From NCBI GenBank assembly GCA_965153355.1, contig OZ231126.1, positions 21,700,001 to 21,764,000 on the forward strand: a DNA stretch of 64,000 nucleotides, given 5' to 3'. Position 1 is the first letter of the stretch; every line of letters starts with the position of its first letter. The notes beneath the pieces were generated by a model that was given only the letters and a program-made list of their open reading frames with translations, ran no database searches and was not told the origin of the DNA. Of this stretch, positions 1 through 11,664 are shown one piece after another. A program made the translations under genes and the position numbers. The DNA comes from Flaccisagitta enflata. Lineage: Eukaryota.

Positions 1-672
1 AGTTAGCAGATTTTTGTAAGAAAACTCCAAGGATTTTTTCGTAGAATTTGATCCAATTAACACATCATGAAGTGGAGGGTAATTTCTGCAAAAAAGGGTG
101 ATTTTATTATGACCGAAATGAACTGCCTTCCTTTAGATTGCTCTCATTTTTAAATGGTTAGAGCTACTGATCCCAGATTGGTCTCAAATGAAAGATATTT
201 TGATGTAGTCTTAGGAGGAAAAATGAGAAAAAGGCATTATTAAAGATTTATCATGCAAAACATTAATGGTATTGTCTTTTCAGGAAAACTTTTATGCAGA
301 ATTGACTTTCAGTTCACGAAAAACAATCAAGACTCAAATAAAGCAAATCTCTTGAGCTTTCCTCAAAAACTACTTTTAGAAATCTTTCATTTGAGACTAA
401 TCTGGAATTTGTAGCTCAATCCGTTTAAGAATGAGAGCAATTTAAAGGAAAACAGTTCAGCCAACCTCTTTACAATTTTTTCACTTTGCATATTTTGATC
501 TCAAGTTAAAAAGAAACAAGAGGATTGATTTTTTTCCAGAAAATCCTTGGAATTTTTTCAGCAACAATCTGCAAACTCATATTTTCCAAGAGTTTTTTTC
601 AGAATTAGGCTAGCCCTTCTAGTTTTTGCACTATGCCCTCATCTTATGTTACAGTTCAGAACAATCATACTG
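1..672. mobile_element. Tc1/mariner-type MITE (family 1), left end outside the window
   Basis: Colinear with the element at 12462-13219; ends ...GTTACAGTTCAGAACAATCATACTG followed by TA. Confidence 0.85.
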
Positions 673-929
673 TATCTAGCTATTCAACTAGCTCCTAGCC
701 ATGATATTAATAAAACCTAGCAAACTCTAAGTCAAGCTAGTGATCTGTAATGAAATAGAAATCATTTTATCAATCAAATAACTCAATCCTAGTCAAAAAA
801 AGTTCCATGAAACAGCAGTGCAATCATCCAATTCATAACATTTGTGTAAGAGGGAGAGTTAGATCATAGGTCCGATCATGAATGGTCATGAATTTTTCTT
901 AACCTATTTTGTGCTACTATTCTTGGGCA

Positions 930-2245
930 TTAGAGGTGATAAGTTATCCCCACAGAGCCTCAATGACCTCTTTGTTGAGAAGTGCAAAGACCAAATCTTT
1001 TTGCTAAATGTTTTTGGCAAAAATAACAAAGGGCGTGATTACAAGCACATACTTCTTTCCAAAGTGATCTACTACTTTTTCAGTTGGGTAAATCCAATAT
1101 GTTCTCTCTACATCATCTTTTGCACAAGTTTTCAGAGTGGTGAGGGCTTGAACAATGGTGGTATCTAGCTCATAGTTGTATGACTGGACTGACACAAGGT
1201 TCCAACCATCTACTTCCAAAGTAATAAGAAACTCTTCCTCAATTGGAAATCTAGTTCAGGATCAGCTGAAGTGGCTGCTGCAGATCTTTTTCTTTTTGTT
1301 TTAGACTGTGTTGTGGGTGAATCAAGCATATTGGTTGCTTCATAAACATCATCAACTGTAATGAATTCTTGATTGCATTGGTCAACAGAATGTAATCCCA
1401 ATAGATTTTCATACATTTGTTTGGAACTGATATTGCATTGCTTGAAGTAAACAAAGTCACTAGGTAACTCAGAAGAAAAAAAATTTTTCAACTTGATTAC
1501 TCTGCACAAAATGGACAGTGAATTCTGCTCCTTCAATATCTTGATTCAATTGTAGCATTTGTTAAATTCATTTTGAGATGTCAATGGAGCATCACATTTA
1601 TGTTTCTTGCCATTATCTCTGCCTTGTTTTTGGACTGCTCTCTGGCTAGCTTATCTGCCTCTGGATCAATGTGAGCAAATTTGGACTTCATCAAATCTTT
1701 TTGCTTGGCTTTCAATTTTTTGTCTTTGAGCATGCATTCAGCTCCCTTTGCAAATGCTTTGTCTATCAATTTGAGTACCAATCTGTCACTTATGGCCTGA
1801 AATGCTACACCTCCTTTAGCTTTGAGCTGTTGTGAGAAGTGTCAAAAGTAGTTCTCTCCTGCTTTGCTATCCATTGGAATTTTTTTAAAGTTCATCCTCT
1901 ATGAACATTTCTGAAAGTGGCTTCAACTCTGTCTTTCCATAAGTGCCTGCTTTTTTTTTCTCACAGTATTCCTTATACTCAAGATATGCTAAAAAGCTGT
2001 CTAGCTGGTCAATTGCCTTGCCTTGCCAATTCTTCCCTCCTTTATCAGCAAAGCATCATTTCTACATCCTCTTTGATCTTCAAATGCACAGCATTCTTCA
2101 GCTCTGTTCCATGAATTTGAAGAATTTTCCGTTGCAACAAACTTCAATGCCAGGTCCTTTAGGCACTTGTCTTTTTGCTTTTGTCAGAAATGATAAGTAA
2201 GGTTGCTTTCAGTTTGTCCTGGCCAATTTGCCCTTCCAAATTTTC
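930..2245 (-). pseudogene. Decayed protein-coding remnant, possibly a DNA transposase
   Basis: Consecutive minus-strand ORF fragments (1581-1781, 1210-1536, 1004-1219) extend upstream through stops and frameshifts (e.g. KAIDQLDSFLAYLEYKEYCEKK, IPMDSKAGENYF*HFSQQLKAKGG). The transposase assignment is inference only. Confidence 0.4.
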
Positions 2246-2276
2246 AAAGAAAAAAGATATGTAAAGAGAGAGAAGT

Positions 2277-2324
<48 letters not shown>

Positions 2325-2432
2325 GAAAAGAAGGATAGAGAGAGAGGGAGGAGAGGGGGTAACTGAAAAGAAACTACTGAGCTAGTTTAAATTAACAAAA
2401 CGGAGTTACTTTGAAGAGAAATGATTGAAATA

Positions 2433-2607
2433 CAGTTGAGCTTCACTAGAGCGCATGCCAGGGGACTGAGCAAAATTATGCCTTATAGTGAAGCTGGCTT
2501 ATTACTACTGTAGACATAACTACAAAAATCTCTCATGAGACCACAGGTTATATGCCTTATTGACGGGCATGCCTTATTAGTGGGTGCACTTTAGCGGTGC
2601 TCGACTG
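2433..2607. mobile_element. Short pogo/Tigger-like MITE
   Basis: Imperfect TIRs CAGTTGAGCTTCACTAGAGCGCA / CAGTCGAGCACCGCTAAAGTGCA, with TA on both sides. Confidence 0.7.
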
Positions 2608-2991
2608 TATATTTAGCACATGCTAAATTCATGTTTTTGAGAAATATTGATCCTGCCTAGTTAGTGCTTTACTTTTTTTATGAAGTTGAATTCTGAATGA
2701 ATAAATAAGTTTTTGAAATCTGACTAATTGCAAGAAAATTGTCTAATAATTAGTTGCGATTTGGTTTTTGAGCCCATCCGCGGGGTTTTTTTTAACCGAC
2801 TGAGTTCTGATTGGTGATTTGCCACTAAGTAGGGTCCCACTCATGGGTTTATCGAGTATCTGAGGCCGTTTTTTGAAGTTTGCTCATTTTTGGGAAATCT
2901 CGTACTCCCTTACTGAAGGAACGAGACTGCAAAGATAAGTTGTTTTAATGCTAAGATTCTGCTGCCGAAATGGTGATAGAAAATGTCACTT

Positions 2992-3150
2992 AACCAGTCG
3001 CAAGCCCAAGGGCAATATGTGGTCAGCAACACCCGTTGCCCTGCTTTGCATGACTGTAATTTGGAGTAAGAGGAAGCAGGGCAGTGCAGTAGTTTCGTAG
3101 TCCTGTAGTGGTGTGAGATGGGTGATTTGAGATTGGAGAGGGCTTATTTG
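2992..3150 (-). mobile_element. 3' fragment of Helentron/DINE-like family B
   Basis: CCCAAGGGCAATATGTGGTCAGC...CCCGTTGCCCTGC is the reverse complement of the 3' end of the copies at 59682-61195. Confidence 0.6.
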
Positions 3151-3307
3151 AGGCATGAGAGGATTTATGATTTTATTTACAATATGGTAGTCATGGTACC
3201 ATTTTTTTGCAATTGTTTTTCAATGTATTCTTTTTCATAACTAGATGTTACCAACACATCTCCCACAATTAGGCATACACTGTACATCGCCATCCAGTGT
3301 AGACATA

Positions 3308-4320
3308 CAGTGCGATGCATGAAAAAGATAAAAATCTTATATATAAGATTTCTATGATAGAAATTACTTAAACAATTTTTTTTCTAGGAGGAATTCAAAG
3401 AGTTGGAAGAAATGAAGTGATTGGCACCAATCTCAGACATTTTGGTCAATTTGACTAAATCTTATCATAAATTGAAAACTAGGTCGGTACATTTTTTATT
3501 TTTCAAAACCCTTAAAATTGAGATATTTGTAGTGGGGGATCCTGACCGAGGTATTGTCAATAGATGCAAGCTCTTCCAATGACTCTTAAAATTGTCTTTT
3601 ATCATATCTAGATTCTATGAATTGACGTTGAACTAATTCAAATCCATGACATTTAGAAAGCCCTTCAAAATAGCTTTTATTTCGATTTGCGTTGTATCTG
3701 GTATCTGTAGCTCAATTTGTTTAAGAGTTATGTTGATTTAAGTAAAAACATTCCTTTTGTGATGGCAGCAAAAAAAAGGTCACAATTTTTTTTGCAGTTT
3801 TTGATACCTTATCTTTGTTTAATCATGAAGCTTATCTTTTGGTAACTAGTTCATCCTGAGGTGATTTGTCATTTTTAACAATTGGAATGAAATACTACAG
3901 AAATTTTGAATTCAAGGTTTTGGGGTTGACATAGGATTTTTGAGAGGGTTGTTTCAGGAGGAAGAGAGTTTGAGTTTCTTGCTATCTTTGGTATATGAGG
4001 AGTATAAGAAGGTGCCCAGATGGATATGATCTCTTTCGTGCCGCCATATTTATCAAGTGTTTTCTTGTGGTCTGCATATCTCATGTATAGAGAGAAATTG
4101 GTTACCCTTTTCTAAATGTTGCATAACTTTTGACAAGTCCTATGATAATTTCTGAAGAGGGAATGTTTTTTCAGAAACTTAAAGGATAGTTGTGACGGGT
4201 CCGGATTAAACAACAGTAAGAGCTCCAGCGGCTCTTGTTCTTATTTAAGATATTGTTGGGTAGTAATGTTGTCCAACTTTCATAGACTTTGGCTTGTATC
4301 TTTTTTTATGCATCGCACTG
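3308..4320. mobile_element. Tc1/mariner-type MITE (family 2)
   Basis: TIR CAGTGCGATGCAT(G/A)AAAAA at both ends, TA TSD. Confidence 0.85.
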
Positions 4321-4602
4321 TATTGGACTATGATCATAAGTAACTTTTGCTTGAAAAAAAACATGTAAGAATCAATTCCATTTAATGTAAGAAAAGCAAA
4401 GTCGGCGTTTTGTGATGAAATTTCAACCGATTCAAAATTTTACCGTACCAAGCCAACTAATACATGGTTTACCAGGTTTTCATGCCAAAGTGTTTTTCTA
4501 CTCAATTGTGGAACATGTATTTTAGAGGAAGCCAATGCGACTGGGTTAGGAAGAAGTACAACCAAAGACAGCATATTCATCATCTACCCCAAGAGCTAGA
4601 AG

Positions 4603-4653
<51 letters not shown>

Positions 4654-5035
4654 GCGTTTTAGGAGAGAATGAAAGAAGGGATTTGAAAATTTTGAAGGGG
4701 GAAAATAAATGGCTGGCCATCCTCCCATTAGTAGACTTGTCAGAAAGCCCACTTTTCAAACTACTTTGAGGAAGCATTTTGGTCGAGAAGAAAAAGCGGT
4801 GAGCAGGAAAGATACAAGTCCGTACACGAATTGGAAATATGCGCGATCGTGTCCAGTTTGTTTTTGCCATTGAATAGAGTTTGAAAACGCTTTCGTCGTG
4901 AATTTCAGTGTCGAGTTTCCTGTTGCGTCTCCCCCGACACGTCGGCGCAGGACTTGAAAGGCGATTGATAAATGGGTGGAGAATGGTCCCCGATTTGTCA
5001 ACCACGAACAATGTCTGCTGGCTTGGGAGTTGTTT

Positions 5036-5066
<31 letters not shown>

Positions 5067-5394
5067 CACACAAACACACACACACAGACAGAGAGACAGA
5101 GAGAGGCAGAGAGACAGAGAGACAGAGAGACAGGGACAGAACAGAGACAGATATAGACAGAGATAGACAGACAGAAAGATTGACAAACAGATTGACAGAC
5201 AGAAAGACAGACAGAAAGACAGAAAAAGACAGGCTTAGCTTGGTAGATATCGTCCATTTTGCAAATAAACAAGTCCGGATGCAAAAATTGCTCACAATTC
5301 ACAAATGTTATGGACGGACAGACCGACGGACGGACGGACCAACACAGCCACTGTAGAGTCCAGCGACGTGTAGAGTACCGCAAATTTAACAGTA

Positions 5395-5615
5395 AACAAG
5401 TAACGCGGGGTTACAATATCTTCGCGGACGGGTGGGCAGGGGCGTCCGACCACCAGATACAGCTTTCTTCACCCCATTCCCACCCCCCTCCACTCAAATT
5501 CACAGAAAAATATGAATCACTCGTTTTTCCACTTTTCGACTGATGCTCACGGACCGCCAGATGGACCAATGGTCAGACTAAGCCTCGTAGATAGTCGTTT
5601 GTCCGTGATTAAAAA
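5395..5615 (-). mobile_element. Helentron/DINE-like non-autonomous element (family A)
   Basis: On the + strand: AAACAAG start, GCGGACGGGTGGGCAGGGGC core, GGAC-type repeats, TAAAAA end, as in the other copies. Confidence 0.6.
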
Positions 5616-5688
5616 CTGAGCAAGAGAAGCAGAGACAAACAGTAAAGCAGACAGTGGGGCAAAAGATCAGAATGCATCACGATGTGTA

Positions 5689-5886
5689 ACATGGCCGGAT
5701 ACACGGCCATCAGTTGCGGACGGGGTTGCAGGGGCGGAAATGCAACTGTCCGCAACTAAAAATGTTCTAGATTGCTTGTTTTCCTGCTTTTCGACTCGTG
5801 CTGACAGACGGACGGGCCGACGGACGAACGGACCAACGGACGGATGGACAAAGCCTCTTATAGAGTTGCGTGTCCGCAACTAAAAA
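5689..5886 (-). mobile_element. Helentron/DINE-like element (family A)
   Basis: GGCCGGATACACGGCC..., (GGAC)n, AGTTGCGTGTCCGCAACT hairpin, TAAAAA; ends nearly identical to 25106-25326. Confidence 0.7.
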
Positions 5887-6336
5887 GTAGATAAACAGAA
5901 TGATTGTCAAAATTGAAGAAGGCCAAATAAATGATGATTAAGTCTAACATACATTAAGACACAGGCTGAGAAAGAGAAAGATTCAGACAGAGAATGATCA
6001 TACTCATTCTGAGAGTGACGAGGCGACCGTGGCGCTTATTTGTCACCTCGAGTCAATTGGTCAATCGATGTGGTGGCACACAAATTCGTCGGCGACTTCA
6101 GTCGAAACCGAATTTCCGATATCAAAGACACCGACACCGCGGCTACCGCCCCTCAATCGCCGCTACCGTCGCTACCGACCATGAACAATCGCCATCACCG
6201 CCGTTACCGCTGCCAATATCGCCATCGAGGCCTTTGTCGCTTCCTTAGCCGCTCTCAATACTGAAAAGTGGTGGAAATTGAGTGGGCATGAAGTTTCTTG
6301 TAAACGCGGCGTGAAGAAGCGGAAAAGCGACAAAAG

Positions 6337-6399
<63 letters not shown>

Positions 6400-6534
6400 T
6401 TCATCGAGAATGTCTTTTGAATAATTGAAAAGGTTTACTCTGATCTTCGATGAGAATCGCCATTAATCATGTTTTCATGTTTCTACCCCCTAAATTCTAC
6501 ATCAGTCTGGTTTCGTAAATAAAACAGGATCATA

Positions 6535-6725
<191 letters not shown>

Positions 6726-7023
6726 CTCGTTTTCGTTTGTTGTTTTCCTGTTAAGACCCCTTAAATTCTAAATCACTTCGGTTTCGTAAATAAAACAGGA
6801 TCACACTAGTTGTCGTTGTCGTTGTCATTGTCGTTGTCGTTGTCGTTGTCGTTGTTGCTTTGTGTTTTCTTCCCGCAATTCTGTGCTGATGTGTACTTGT
6901 TTTATCTCACTTGCATCCCAGAAAACTCTGAAGCCACTGAAAAGGAAAGTTGGTGACCACAATTTTGTTTTATCAACCACTTCCTAAGATTTTACTGAGC
7001 TTGGTATTCTTCGTAAGTCTCCC

Positions 7024-8136
7024 TTTTTAGGTGCGCCATAGCACCTCTATGAGAGGCTCTGTCTGTCGGTTGGTCGGTTGGTTGGTCGGTCGGTCACGCT
7101 CGAGTTGAAAATCTCGAAAAGAAGCAAAAATCACTGGAAATGATTCAGAAATATGCTAGGATGATTTCTAGATGCGCCATAGCATCTCTATAAAAAGCTC
7201 TGTCCGTCCGTCCGTCCATCCGTTGGTCACGCTCGAATGAAAAATCGCTAAAAATGTTTGAAATCAATAGAAAATGCATTTTGTTCATCATAAATGATTA
7301 TAATATATCATAAATGATATATATCACAAATGATTTCATGTATATATCATATCATATATATCATATATATCATATATATCATATATATCATATATATCAT
7401 ATCATATATATATCATATATCTTATAGCATATCATATATCATATATCATATTATATATCATATTATATATCATATCATATCATATCATATATCATATCAT
7501 ATATCATATCATATATCATATCATGTATCATATCATGTATCATATCATTTATCATATCATTTATCATATCATTTATCATATCATATATCATATCATATAT
7601 CATATCATATAGCATATCATATAGCATATCATATCATATATATCATATATCATATCATATATCTTATCATATATATCACATCATATGTATCATGTATACA
7701 TCATATATATCATATATATCATATATATCATAAATGATACTAATATAATTAGCTACGCTTAGGTTTATAGAGTTGGGGATAGGTCGGATAGGTCTGGTGA
7801 TAGGTCGGATCGGTCTTAGGATAGGTCTGATAGAGCTCGGGATAGTACCGATAGAGCTGGTGATAGGTCTGATAGAGCTTGGAAAGGTCTGATAGAGCTC
7901 GGGAGAGGCCTGATAGAGCTCGGGATAGGTCTTGCATAGCTAGGAATGGTCTGATAGAGCTGGGGATAGGTCTGATGGAGCTAGGGATAGCTATGGATTA
8001 ATAATGCCCGGCGGGATAGGTCTGATAGAGCTAGGAATGGTCTGATAGAGCTAGGGATAGGTCTGATGGAGCTAGGGATAGCTATGAATAAATAACGCTC
8101 GGCGCACCGTCTTGGCCCGTGTATCCGGCCTTGTTT
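7024..8136 (+). mobile_element. Helentron/DINE-like element with internal TATCA-rich and 21-bp minisatellite arrays
   Basis: 5' TTTTTAGGTGCGCCATAGCACCT hairpin (repeated at ~7166), (GTCG/GTCC)n, ATATC-like array 7320-7735, GATAGGTCTGATAGAGCTCGG array ~7775-8085, 3' GTATCCGGCCTTGTTT. Confidence 0.7.
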
Positions 8137-9090
8137 CATCACCTACTCACCACACACTGGCTCTAATACACCACCTATCAAGCTCTCAGGCCTATCTCAA
8201 CTCTATCCACCCATAACCACCACCTCCACCATTTATGCCTCACTTCTTTTTCTTGCATTTCATCCATCGCCAGCTTCTGCCCGAAAAGGCGTCTTCCATT
8301 TATCACCGTTTTGTCCTTGACTCTCGCTGCTTCTTCCTTTTGACTGCATCAACCTTGACCCAGTTCATTTCCACCCTTTAGACATATCCACGTCCACGAA
8401 CGTCGAAAGGGGCTTTCTATTTCATGACCTTACTGTATGTTTTAGTCATATCATATTATACCTATATTTGGACAAAGTATGAAACTGTGCATGTGAAAAA
8501 GAAAAAAAAGCTGAAAGACATTTGCTTACGGCCTGTTTTACGCAAGTTTACTTACAGAACATATGAAAAAAAGTAGACACTAGACAGGGACAATGACACA
8601 TGATCTATGTTGTCACTTACAATTTTACGGATCGGAAATTGATAACACACGAAAGGCACACTGAAAATCACCAGAGAAATCTATGATCATCTTTATCAGT
8701 AGAGATAAGATTGTACAAGTATTGTATACGGTCGCACAAAGAAAAAAAAAGTCAAATGAACCTTACCACCCCGAGGAAACTAACAGAATTAATCAAAGTG
8801 AAACGTATACAGTGGAAATCCGATATAAGGGTCTTGAAGGGACTGGGTAATTTCGGTTGTTAAATCTGAATGTTGTTAAGTCGAATTACCAATTTTTAGT
8901 ATTTTTTTGTAAAAATATTTGAAGTACACTGCGAACCATAAAAAAGGAAGCAGCTGTTTTATAAGATATTTCTCATGAAAAAAAAAAAACTTATTGATAT
9001 TTTTATGTGAGACATGGAAAAAGCGTCTTCAAATGAAGCCTATGTCACAAATCCCACAAGTTTACATCAATTATTTTAGAGTTTATAGTT

Positions 9091-9258
9091 AAAACAAGGC
9101 CGGATACGCAGCAGGACAGTCGCGGATGGTTTGGCAGGGGCGGTAATGCAAAAAAATGCTCGCAGTTTAAAAAGGTTACGGGACCGACAGACCAACTGAC
9201 CTACCAACCTACTGACCAACACGGCAAGGTGTAGAGTCGCGTGTCCGCAACCTAAAAA
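9091..9258 (-). mobile_element. Helentron/DINE-like element (family A)
   Basis: AAAACAAGGCCGGATAC ... GACC repeats ... GTAGAGTCGCGTGTCCGCAACCTAAAAA. Confidence 0.7.
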
Positions 9259-9308
9259 GATATGGTGTCAGAATCTGTGTGTGAACTGTGATTTCTTCAA
9301 AAGAAATG

Positions 9309-10131
9309 AAACAGGCCGCTCAAGCGTCATTATGGTCAGCGGTTCCCGATGCCCCATTGATATCATTTAGTATTGTAGTGATGAGGTAATGAGGCAGCGG
9401 CCCCGGAGGGGTCGATGACCTATGATTCCACACAGGGCTATTTTGTTTTGGGAGGCATGATCTTGGGTCTGAGAGGTCTAATCTGGGGTCCATTAGGTCT
9501 GATCTGGGGCCTGATATAGGGTCTGAATGGCCTGATAAGAGGTCTGGGAGGCCTGAGTTAAGGCCTAAGAAGCCTGAAAAGAGGTGTGAGAGGCCTGATT
9601 TGGGGTCTGAGAGGCCTGATTAGGGATCTCAGATGCCTGATATGTAGTTTCAGAGGCTAGATTTGTGGTCTGAGAGGCCTGATTTGGGGTCTGAAAGGCC
9701 TGAAAAGAGATTCAGAGGCTTGAGTTGGGGCCTAAGGGGACTGATAAGAGGTCCGAAAAGCCTGATTTGGGGTCTAAGGGGCCTGATTTGGGGTCTGAGA
9801 GGCCTGATAAGAGGTCCGGTGGCCTGAGTTGGGGCCTAAGAGGCCTGATAAGAGGTCTGAGAGGCCTGATTTGGGGTCTGAGAGGCCTTCTTTGAGGTCT
9901 GAGAGGCCTGATTTGGGGTCTAAGAGGCCTGCTTGAGGTCTGAGAGGCCTGATTTGGGGTCTGAGAGGCCTGATTTGAGGTCTCAGAGGCTTGATTTGAG
10001 GTCTCAGAGGCCTGCTCTGAGGTCTCAGAGGCCTGATTTGGGGCTTGGGGGGGGGACGTAGACATCAGATCGGAAAAATTGTCCTGTGTGGAACCATAGG
10101 TCATCAACCCCTTTGGGGCCGCTGCCCAAAA
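9309..10131 (-). mobile_element. Helentron/DINE-like family B with 20/21-bp minisatellite
   Basis: Subterminal inverted repeat GGCAGCGGCCCC...GATGACCTATG / CATAGGTCATC...GGGGCCGCTGCCC flanking a GGTCTGAGAGGCCTGATTTGG array. Confidence 0.75.
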
Positions 10132-11664
10132 GGGACCATTTCTTTTTGATTTTTGTCCTTTGCAGTGCAGGAAATTAATTGATATCATAGATCATTTGAA
10201 AGATATTCAAAAGAGCTTTCATTTGCTGCCAATCTCACATTTTTAGCTCAATTTGTTTAGACACAGTGAAGGAAAAACTGGAGTGTTGATTTTCGAGTTG
10301 GAAATGGCGCATAACCAAAATGTACCCATTTAACTTTAAACTAATGCCATTTCCAAACGAGTAAAGCTAGGAGGATGGTATTGGTCTAGAATAAAAGATT
10401 TTTTGAAGCCCTTCAAATGGTCACTGATTTTGTTCACTTTCTTCTATCCAAACATGGATATGATAGGAGGGGAAAAAGATCCCTCATTTTTTTAATGTGT
10501 GATGAAAAAAATCTTTCTTTTGTCATTCATAAAAGGTTTAAATCTAGTGAAAACCAATCAAAATCCATGACATTAAGAAAGCCCTTGAAGAAATTGGTCA
10601 TTTGAGCTGTTTCTGGAGTTACTAGCTCAATTTATTTAGAAATTACAACAGTTTTACTAAAATTTGTCCTCTATAAACTATGAAAGAAAATCTATTGTTT
10701 TCTCACTCAGGTTTTGATACATTTGTCATCAATGTATAAAATCCAAACAAATTGATCGAATTCAATGGGACTGGTGGCAAATTGTTAACTTTTTGAAACT
10801 CTTTAAAAGGCTCATGAATAACAATATGATTTGTTGAATTCAAACTATGTAAAATTAGAATGAAAGTTGTTTCTTTTTTTGTGAGTCGCACTGTAAGATA
10901 AAAATAAGCAAACATATATGTTTATGAATTGCAGTGATGAGGCATTTGTGCAATTGGCAAACAGAGCAAGAGATTTACCGATACAGCTTTTGATACACCT
11001 GCTTTGATACATTCATGAAACATCATTGCATATAAACTTGTTTATAGTCTGCTGTTTAGTAATTGGTTGTGTATGTGTATATCTATGTCATTTTCCGGAC
11101 GAAGTAAACGCCATTCATATAAGTACTAAACTATTTAGTGAGATAAAAAATACCACAATAGTTTAAGAAAAATCAATTTTGATTCAAACCTTCCTAATAT
11201 AAATAATTGAAATGTCCATTTTTGTTACACTATGTATATTCTTTTATACTTTTTTCATGCATTTGTATGATTTCTTAATTTAAATTTTCTTTAATTTTTG
11301 TGATATTTAATTTTGGGTGAATTATTGATAATGATGAAAAAGTTACTATCAATTTGATCAAACCATGTAGTGATATCTTTGAATTAAGTGTGAATTTTCC
11401 AAGGGACCAAAAAATTATGCCTGTAAATTAGGTTTAGCCATCAAATCAGGTGTTGTTATATCAGGAAAAATTAACATTGTAAAAGCCTATGGAATTTTGG
11501 GATCTAGGCGTTATGGTTGCTAAATAAGAAATGCTGTTAAATCAGGTGCCAATAAGGCAGTAGTTCACTGTGCATCACAAATTGAGTTTAGGCTGGGCAT
11601 CAATCTGTCCGTCCGTCTATCCATCCATCCATCACCTTGCCAATTTACATTCATAGCATGCAAC

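Larger units (their letters stand above)
8927..10893. mobile_element. Tc1/mariner-type MITE with nested insertions
   Basis: TA-CACTGCGAACCATAAAAAAGG vs reverse complement of the right end TA-CAGTGCGACTCACAAAAAAAG. Confidence 0.55.
8810..11570. mobile_element. Old pogo-like MITE interrupted by nested elements
   Basis: TA-CAGTGGAAATCCGATATAAGG at left and ...AATAAGGCAGTAGTTCACTG at right; TIRs are diverged and the right flank is TG rather than TA. Confidence 0.35.
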
